Below, piece after piece: positions 1 through 9,600 of a stretch of 64,000 bases of DNA (its first letter is position 1; each line of letters opens with the position of its first letter). The translations under genes were made by a program, and so were the position numbers. The notes under the pieces are model-generated. The model did not search any database and had not been told where the DNA came from. It saw only the letters and a program-made list of their open reading frames with translations. This DNA comes from Antedon mediterranea (taxonomy: Eukaryota; Animalia; Echinodermata): contig NC_092675.1 in the NCBI RefSeq assembly GCF_964355755.1, positions 1,545,812 through 1,609,811 of the forward strand, read 5' to 3'.

Positions 1-3000
1 GCGACTAGTTTCTCCTTCTTTTTTGACATGAACTTTGCCTATCTCTGATTCTGCACTTCCAGGGAGTGAGTCCGGAAGTTGGAAGAACACTAATTCTCCC
101 TCCAGTTGTTTAGTATTTGAAAATAACGACCCTGTTGTAACCCCAACCTCAGATTTGTCTCTAAATTTGTGTGTTTTTGTTGCTGGTTCAGATGTGCTTG
201 TTTCAATTCCTTCCATAGCATCAAATTCAACATCTTCTTTTTCTTTTTTTATTACTGTTGTTGAAACAGAAAAATTATATTTTCACCATCAACAACCAAT
301 AATATTGACACATGTGTTATGTTTATCCATGGTCCTACATGGTTCTGAGAATTAATGTAGGATAATACATTATTTATATACAATGCCTACTTGCTATAAT
401 AAAGAAATCAGATATGCAGGGGTAGTTGCAGAAGTTATCACACCAATAATGATCTAAAAAAGATCTCACCTATATCAACATCCATCTGTTCTTGTTGATT
501 ATTCTCTTCTGTTTTAACTTCTTTTTTAATTGTTTTTTTCTTTTGTTTCAGTGGGAGTAGAATTGGGTTGTATGATGAATTTTCACCCTCATCAACTAAA
601 TCATCAATAAACTAAAAGAAATAAGGTAAAGTATGGTAGTTATAAAAATTTTTAAAAGCTTATTATCACAAACATAAACTTTAAAAAATACTAATATATA
701 AACAGAATATTGAAATTAATATTTTGTTATTATACTACATATCAAAATTATCTCAAAGCACAGGCCATGGGTCAACTGGTACAGACCCCTTCCCTGTCCA
801 GCAAAGAAGTATGTGGTAGATAGAACACTAAGTTAAGTTCAACACATTTAAGATAGGACACTAAGTTAAGTTCAACACATTTAAGATAGGACACTAAGTT
901 AAGTTCAACACATTTAAGATAGGACATTAAGTTAAGTTCAACACATTTAAGATAGAACACTAAGTTAAGTTCAACACATTTAAGATAGGACACTAAGTTA
1001 AGTTCAACACATTTTGACAATGTTTGTTAGGCCTGATCCTATCCTAAAACAATTCTCTGAGATCCACCACGCATGGGTCTATAAAGTAGATATTGACATC
1101 AGAATGGCTGCTACAGTACATTTCTAGTTTTAACACTTACATCATCTCTCATAAGGTCTTTCATCATTTTAGCATCTGCTTCTGGATCTCTTTCTTTTTT
1201 TATGACTCTTCTTTGTGACAAACTACCCCCACCCCCACCCCCACCTCCTCCGCCGCCTCCCCCTACAAAGATAAACAATATTAATATCATTATACATACA
1301 TATTTGAAAATCAAAGATAAGGTGTAAATATTCTTGCCTACCAAGTCCAGGAATGTAAGTTCAAATCTGGCAATACTCCTAATAATTATGAGAGTTACTA
1401 AAGTTTTAATATAGATTTTACTAAGTTTAATTAATTAAAAGCTTATCATATAGTGTTGTTTATACTGTGAAAGAGATACTTAGGCTCTGTCTACACTATC
1501 TTTATGTGAAAAAAAAATGTTATGTGCCCATACATATTACTACCGTATTTGAGCACATCACACATGTCAAACTAGTGTGATAGTGTGGACAGAGCTTTAG
1601 ACTAGAATAGTTTATACTGTTTGAAGGTTTATTTATGTACTGTTAGATAGGTATATGCTAACAGTTTTTTATTCAATTTTTTCAGTACTGGTTTAAAAAA
1701 TGTACTACAAAATATTTACATGTTTTCTTTTCTGCATTAGCAGGTCCTTCCTCAAATATAGATGAGTGACTTTGAACTGCTTCCTGACGGAACCTTTCCC
1801 TGCTATGCTGCCTATCTTTGTTTCTTCTCTGATCCTTCTTGGATGAACGACCTTTTGATGAACTTTCTGTACTTTCTTTTGCAGCACTGTGATGATAAAA
1901 CAAAGAGTTTTATATATAATTCACTACAGACTTCATTGTAACCATAGCTTAAAAAAATGATTCAACATGGGGATGGACCATGGAATATGGCTACAGTCAG
2001 ATATGCCAGTTTGTTGAGCATATTTATCATTACATGTATTGTTTCCCTATATATTTTAGATCAATCTTATATATTTAAATGGCACTTGCAATGATGAATG
2101 GCTAGTGTTGCCCGAAAGCTTTGCAGATTTTTCTGTCTGTTTTACATTATTATTCTGATTTAGCTTTTTCCTTATTTTAAAATTGTATCTCGACTGAGAT
2201 CCATCCACTGATTCTCACAGCATTGTCATTTTCAGTAATTTGGCTATGTATATATAAATGGCAACTATTTTGAGGAGTACCTGCCCTCTTGGCATCACTC
2301 AGTTTTTTGGTTCAATCACTATACGAGTGAATTAAGCAAGCTTATTGCGATAAAATGATGGAATAAGGTAAATTATTTTAGAATTTAGGGAAAACACATT
2401 ACACAGCTCACAGTTGAATAACCCCTCCTCCTCTTTTTGCCGCTTCCTCTCCCCCTCCCTTTCCCTCTCTCCCTCCTTTTCCCACTCCCAAATCTGCCTC
2501 ATTTTAATAATGGTATAAAACTAAAGTCTTACTCCTTATTTCTCTCTTTTCTTGATGGAATGTTTGGTTTGAATGTTTTCTGCAAGTAGAAATAAAACAT
2601 ATTATAATAACAAAAGATAATTTATGTATTCAATTGCACATTTTGTCACAACTTCATCAGGTTGTTATGCACTTGTTAATGGTATGACCCACTATACAAC
2701 CTACAACCCCGGGAGAGGTGTGCGTCATTTGTCTGATGTGCGTCAAACATTATGTATACCATGACGCAACCCTGCGTCAAAAAAGTGACTTACATTTACG
2801 TGACAATGACGTACCCATTTTAAAATCAGTGACGGACCTTTTGGGGAACAAGGACGCACCATGACTACACCCCTGTGTCATTCATTATTTGTAAATGGGT
2901 TTCGTATAGTGCATCATACAATGACAACTTCATTAAGTCCTGTTGAAATTCACTTAATTTAACTTACAAAGAAGCAAAATAATAACTTGACAATAACAAA

Positions 3001-3166
3001 TTATGACAGTTACCTTTTGAACACCACCAAGTGTTAAGTCTCGTTGAGGACGCAATGACGGCAAGCGAGCATTTGGAGTTACTTTACCACGTCGACTGAG
3101 CAAACCTCTGGGTAGACTTGTTGAGGACGAGGCGGCACTATTGTTTTCTGGCGTTTGTTCACTCAT
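1..3166 (-). CDS. POLR3D: RNA polymerase III subunit RPC4 (POLR3D/RPC53), 5' six coding exons; gene continues beyond the window start
   Basis: Minus-strand exons 3014-3166, 2533-2579, 1720-1886, 1141-1262, 470-611, <1-254, all GT-AG with consistent phases. Spliced protein: ...RGLLSRR...RLPSLRPQRDLTLGGVQK|KTFKPNIPSRK...VQSHSSIFEEGPA...IKKERD...LMRDD|FIDD...NPILLPL...ELVFFQLPDSLPG. This matches RPC4 motifs (RDLTLGGVKKKTFTPNI, QSHSIFEQGPA, LFLQLPDTLPG). Confidence 0.93.
818..1013. repeat. 33-bp minisatellite (AGATAGGACACTAAGTTAAGTTCAACACATTTA), about 6 copies, in a POLR3D intron
   Basis: Direct tandem repeats that explain the repetitive ORF 772-1020. Confidence 0.95.
1483..1596. mobile_element. 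PIF/Harbinger-type MITE family A
   Basis: Termini (A/G)GCTCTGTCTACAC...GTGTGGACAGAGCT flanked by a TTA/TTA 3-bp TSD. Many copies in the window. Confidence 0.8.
2086..2250 (+). mobile_element. Penelope-like retroelement terminal fragment with degenerate minimal hammerhead
   Basis: About 160-bp dispersed repeat homologous to 58321-58480. It begins TTGCA-aTGATGA-ATGGC-TAGTGTT-GCCC-GAAAGCTT-TGCAG. Confidence 0.6.
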
Positions 3167-3690
3167 TGTTTATAATTGTCTGCATTAAGTTAGAATCATC
3201 AGTCAATATTTCTGAAATATAATCAAATATGATACTCATTATTCAGCATGCTAAAATATATTCTTAAAAAGGTCGCCCTCTGTCTTTACCATCTATTTAC
3301 TACTCCACACTACTTACTAGGCCTACTACTAGGGCTAGGCCTACTACTACTAATACTAGCCTAGGCCTAGGTAGGCCTACTATACTCTAGGCTAGCTTCC
3401 AGACAGACCCAGTACACTGGACACTTGCGCCCACTTATTATTTCTATACTCACTAATTAATTTCATATATTATAGGCTATTATAATATTTTACTCATAGA
3501 TGTAATAAAGCTTCGGCTATTCTTCTATTTGTATGATTTTACCATAAAATTGTTATAGCTCCCTCTATCGGTAGAGTATATGGGGTTGTTTTGTTTTTAT
3601 AATAATTTCGCGCACTCATTCAAAACACAGATCGCGCGAATTGGGCCTATACTAGGGCCGGCTAGCTCCAGTCAAATAAAAAAAACAAAC
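3167..3690. promoter_or_regulatory. Bidirectional promoter region POLR3D/PRIMPOL with E2F-like and CHR-like motifs
   Basis: Divergent start codons about 525 bp apart. TTTCGCGC at 3606-3613, TTCAAA at 3619-3624 and GCGCGAA at 3634-3640. Confidence 0.55.
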
Positions 3691-6600
3691 ATGAACAAAC
3701 TCGAACAACCATCATTTGTTCGTGAAAAGAACGTATTACGTACTATTAACTCAATACGAGAAAGGTCTGTTATAAAATAACGATTTACCTAACTAGCCTA
3801 GGGCCTAGCTAGCTAGGAGGCTTAGTAGGCCTAGTGGGTTAACGGTTAGGCTAGGCCTTTTTTAGGCTAGCCTAGCTAGCTAGCTAGGCCTAGCTAGGCC
3901 TAGGCCTAGTATGCTAGGCTAGCCTAGGTCTTCTTGATCTAGACTTCCTACCATTATGATCCTCCTGGACGGTTCTAGCTAGGCTTAGGTAGAAGGGTAG
4001 ACCTTTCATATAGGACCTAGGTTTGGCCAGTGGTAGTACTACTACTAGTAACTGTTATGCGCGATTTGAACGATTTGCGCAATTTGAAATTGCGCAAAAA
4101 AATCCTTGCGCAATTTGAAATTGCGCAAATAATTCTTGCGCAATTTAAAATTGCGCAAGGATTTTTTTGCGCAATTTCAAATTGCGCAATCAACTTGCGC
4201 AATTTCAAATTGCGCAAGAAAATCTTTGCGCAATTTTAAATTGCGCTGCACAATTTGTAAATTGCGCAAGATAGTTCTTGCGCAATATGACACCTTTGCG
4301 CAATTTGAAAACGAACTGTAAATTTTCCCATACATGGCTATAGGCTAGGCCTAGGCAGAGGAGTTTAAAATTTAGTATTTTATTATATAAATAAGACCAT
4401 TTCAATGAAGATAATGTTTAATACTCACTTTTTAAGTTTTTAATATTAGTTTAAGCTAGGCCATGTAACCTAGTCAGTATCAGTAGTCCAGACCCTAGCT
4501 AGGCTAGAGTAGTATAGCCGGCCGCCCGCGCCGCGCCCGCCTGGTGGAACACCACCGCTTCGTTTTCCTTCGTCGGTTCTTCGACGATATGCTAACTTAT
4601 AACAATATTTGCACTACTAAAATAAGGAAATGCGATATTTATCCTTATTTTTGAATCATTCTTAGAAATTACTATAAAAATATGGGTGTACATAATTTCA
4701 CAATCTGTCGAAAAACCTTGCGCAATTTGCAGATTACTTGCACAATTTAATACGTTGCTTGCGCAATTTGAAACACATGTTTCAATTCAAATTGCGCAAG
4801 GATTTTTTTTGCGCAATTTCAAATTGCGCAAATCGTTCAAATCGCGCATAACATAACTAGTAGACTGTACTACCTGCCTAGTCTAGTAGTAGGATAGTAA
4901 AAATTAGGAGGGGAGTCTACCCCCAGGCATAAGGCTATAAGCCTAGCTCGGCTGTGGATATAAATACTAGGCTAGTGAGTGTAGAGTAGTGTTCGTATTG
5001 AAACGTAAATAATAATATGTAATGGTTTATTTGTATTGTATAATATTCTAGTTTCTCAGTATAGGCCTACTAATGCTTTTTTTTTGCAGCCGACAAATTG
5101 AATGGCTACGAAGGTTGAAGAAGTTGCAAAAAGTTGAAGAAAACTTTAAACAGTTTCCTCTTTTACCAATATATAAACCTAGGTAATATGTGAACGCCAA
5201 TAAGATACAGCAAGTAAATATATAGATACTTAAATCAATCTTTTTTAATTGGATTCCTTTTAGTTCAGGAGTAGAAATGATATTCCATTTTGTTCATCTT
5301 TAACGTAAAGTTTATAAATAATATTTTTAGCAAACTAAATCAACATAATATCTTTCATCAAATCAACATTTATTTCTTCCACATAAAATAAGATATCCTC
5401 ATGATCAAAAATAATGAGTAATAAAAGCGATTTCAGAGATGATAAGGCATAAAATAGAAAAAAAGACATTGAAAAATTGTAATTTGAAGGAAGAGGGCAA
5501 TTACTCAAAAAGTACAGCAGATGAAAAACAGAAATTCTAATAGTCAAATGACATTGTTTGCTATATTACTTTTGTGCTAAAAATCATCTTCAAAATAATG
5601 TTAGTTAAATTTAAATGATACATTATGACTACGTAGGTTAAAATTATACTAAAATATGTTTTAAATAATTAGACTTGTTGATCCAGCTCCTCATTGGATA
5701 ACATTCTTCCGTCAGAAACAAGCTTTTCAATATGTTACAAGTCATCAAGAGGTTAGTCAATATTATGTCATTGTATTGAGATGTATGTGTCATAATATAA
5801 TAGGTGCACCAATTGCAGGATGAGCATGTTCGTTTGGACCCAAAAATAAAAACTGGTCCTTTAAACTAAAAATAATTGTCGTTTTTGTCCATGATATGCA
5901 TTATGATGTTCCTTAATTGTTATTGACTTTGACCAAAAATTTGATCGAAAAAACATTATTTACCTGAACGATTTGTAATTTAGAGCAAAAAAATTGTTTT
6001 TGGATTAAATTTAATCATTTGTTTTGTCTTTTTATAAGTGAAAACATAATTTGTTATGAGTTTTAACTTTATTAAAACAAAATGATCTAATCTGATTTTA
6101 TTAATCTTCATTTTTCATGTTTTTTGAGGAACAATACATCTTTAACCTTTAGCTATAACAACTGTTTTTCAGGATGTTCATGTTTTTGCGTACGAAATCG
6201 ACAAAAATCTGTCAGAGAACAAGGGACAGCGAAAATACTGTGTGACGTCGTATTCTCAACTATGGCACGTTATTAAACATGCGGCAAAAGGTTGCCACGT
6301 TAGTTTCTATGAGGTCATTCCAGACGGAGCAACTTGCAAACTTTACTTTGATTTAGAATATAACAAGCAAGAAAACCCAGGGAATGATGGGAAACAAATG
6401 GTGAACACTCTTATTCAGGTTTGTATACCTGACAACTTTTTACAGTAGCTAATGCGCAAGACAATAATTTGAAATTTAATACAGTGTTGATTCTTCCTTT
6501 TTCTTTGTCTTTTTCTTTCGGAACCTCTCATGATACTTAAAACAAATGGTGAACACTCTTATTCAGGTTTGTATACCTGACAACTTTTTACAGTAGCTAA

Positions 6601-9600
6601 TGCGCAAGACAATAATTTGAAATTTTATACAGCGTTGATTCTTCCTTCTTCTTTGTCTTTTTCTTTCGGGACCCCTCAGGATACTTGTTTTCTTGTTGTC
6701 ATTGGACTGTCTTTGCTTGTTCCTTTTCATTGTTCCGAATTTGTTGTCTTCAAGTCTGCGACTTTTGATGTATATTTTTTTATAATTGTATTTTTATATG
6801 AGCAAGAAATAAAAACAAACAAACCCAAAATACGCCCTCTATGTTTAATTTTTCATCAAATTGAGTTAACCATAAAATACAAATAAAGATACAGTAGGCC
6901 TAAGCTAATTATGCTCAATTTAATTAAATAACGTGTAGTCCTAGGCTGCTTTTCTTCCAAAATAGGCAATTTAATATTAAAATAATGTTTTCTGAACATG
7001 CGTGAGAAATAGCCACGTATGCGTGAGGCATACAAAATCGGCCCTCATGCGCGAGACTCGCACATTATGCGTGAGAGTTGACAGGAGATTGTGTAACTAG
7101 AATCTGAACTTTAATGCAACCTTTTTGTGTTTTTTTAGTTTGTTTGTGATGAGCTAAGATCAACGTTCAAAGTTAATGCCACTTGTAAGAATGTACTTAT
7201 CCTAGACGCAAGTACAGATAGTAAATTTAGCAATCATTTAATTTTCAATATTCCTGATTTTGCATTTAAAGACAATTTGCATCAGGGTAAGTTTCCACTA
7301 TAATGCACTTGTCTAAGTCTTTCCGTTTATTTGAAATGATCGTTTATACCCAATTAGGTACAGTATTCTGTTTTTTAGTCCCTATAATATAATATTATAT
7401 AATGTATATATACACTTTCCCATCAAATCAAACATATTTTACCATTTTTAGCAGATATTGTCTTTTGTGTTTGGTTTGTTTTCAAGTTTGTATTTATCCC
7501 CTAGTTGTAAGCCCGAGAAAGTAGTCTTTTAAAAGCAACTTGATGGCCTATTTCAAGTCTGATTTAGTTAATCTTCATTTTTCATGTTTTTGGGCGACAA
7601 TACATCTTTAAAAGCAGAAATAATAACTTAACATGTTAAACATTTTTTTTTCGTTTCTTTATAGGCCATTTTGTTCTAGGACTTTGTTGCAAAATCAGAA
7701 GTATTATTAAGCAGCAACAAGAACACAAAACAAAGTTAGAAGGTGACCTTGACTTGACAGATGAACCAATCACAAAGAAGCCAAAACAAGAGAATGATAC
7801 AAGTTATAATAATATTTGTGATCTTTTAATTAAAGATAAAAATGGTAAAGAATGCCTGTTTATTGATGAAGGTAAGAATTTATTAACTTAATATCTTGTA
7901 GCCAAAGTTGTAAAACACTAAATCGGAAAAATGCTCATGGTAAAAGAACCTTTCAATACAGAGCAACAAAAGAATGGAATCCTTTACCAACTGAAATTAG
8001 AACGAACGTATGGGAAAAATTTCTATAAATTCAAAAATATATATCAACTCAAATGTCATCTAAGTGATCCTGTATATCTACTTTTTTATTTTACTTTGTA
8101 TGTCTGTATGTCTTTTATACAAAATAACATGTTTTTAACTGTTCTGTATATTCCTTTCAAATTAAGCATATAGTATGCTTTTATTTTTCTGTATATATAT
8201 TATAATTTTTCTTTACTTTTAAACCTTGTAACTGGACCATTTTGAAAAGCAGTACTACATTACTGAAAATGCAATCCAGTAAAAAGAAAGATTAAATAAA
8301 TAAAATATGAAAGGGAATAGGAATATTTATGCATTGCAGTCTTCTGCATCAAATTTATATATAAAACTAGAAAGCCACTCCGAGAGTGCATACCGCCTAC
8401 TGTAAAATTATTCTACATCAGATTTAGTCACCGGAAAGTGTGTGTCTTAATGCTGCATGTGAATTATATAAGCATGTGTATGCGAGTTTGGTGTAAAGGT
8501 TATGTAACCCACCTTTCAACTAACAAAAGGTTCTTTAGAACAGAAACGCGAAAATCAAACGAGTGAATTTGAAAAGAAATAGGGTTTTTAAACTACTCGT
8601 ATCAAAAAACTTGTACATTAAATCTAATTATGTTTTAAAATTACAAATCACAAACTATAACTATTACCTCTTGTACAAAAATGAAGTTTTTTAGACAAGT
8701 AGTTCTCGAGAAAATACAATTTTAGTTTACTTGTTACTTTAAGACTGCTCACCGGCTTTTGAAATTTCAGTCCTATCTTTTAACACTAGCAGGTCTGAAA
8801 AGTATATTTAAAAGTGGTCCAGAATTGGGACCATGGTCTTAAATGGTCCCAAAATTTAATGGAATGGTCCTTGACCATATATGTAAAGATCTTGTATTTA
8901 CTTTTTGAGTAATCCTGCTAACAAACAAACAAACATACAAACAAACAAACACACGCTACCGATTACATATACCTCCTTGGCGGAGGTAAATAACATGGCA
9001 ATGACGCATGTGGTATTCAAGCAATGATAAATTTCATTTAATTTACATATTTCAGGTGTATATACCAAGAACAGAAATTTCCGCCTCTACAAATGTTGTA
9101 AACAGTCAAAGAAAAATCCACTGCTTCTAGCTGATTACAATGAATATAAAGCAGTGACTTCTAAATGCAATGGACACAATATTGAACACCAGATATTTCT
9201 AGACTCTGTCATCAGTAATGTCAGGTACATTTATCGTTACTAAAGCTTGGTTCCCACTAGAGATGTAACGCAAAGTAGGTGATTTGACCAATCACAAGCG
9301 ATGGATTATTCGAACAGTCTCTTTTCATTGGTCAACTTGCTTGCTGTGCGTCTACATTCTTGAGTTGCGTCCTAGTTGGAACCAAGCTTAATGAATTTTG
9401 TGTCCTGTCATGAATCAGTAATTTGTCATGATCTTCTATAGTCTAAGAGTGCATGGTGGTGGTGTCAGTCACTGGAATTATGTTGATGCCTTAAAGCCTA
9501 TCAAATGATGTGCCCATATATGGACATGATGATGTCATATCACTACCATATTTGGGCACATCAATTTTAGTCCAACTAGTTTGATAGTGTAGACAGAGCT

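Noticed and set aside
35-355. Plus-strand ORFs 35-355, 12953-13216 and 13990-14472
   Set aside because: Antisense shadows of real POLR3D and RSAD1 exons.
4017-4405. Overlapping ORFs with LRNLKLRK/AQFEIAQ repeats
   Set aside because: Translations of the TTGCGCAA subterminal repeats of the Ginger-like element.
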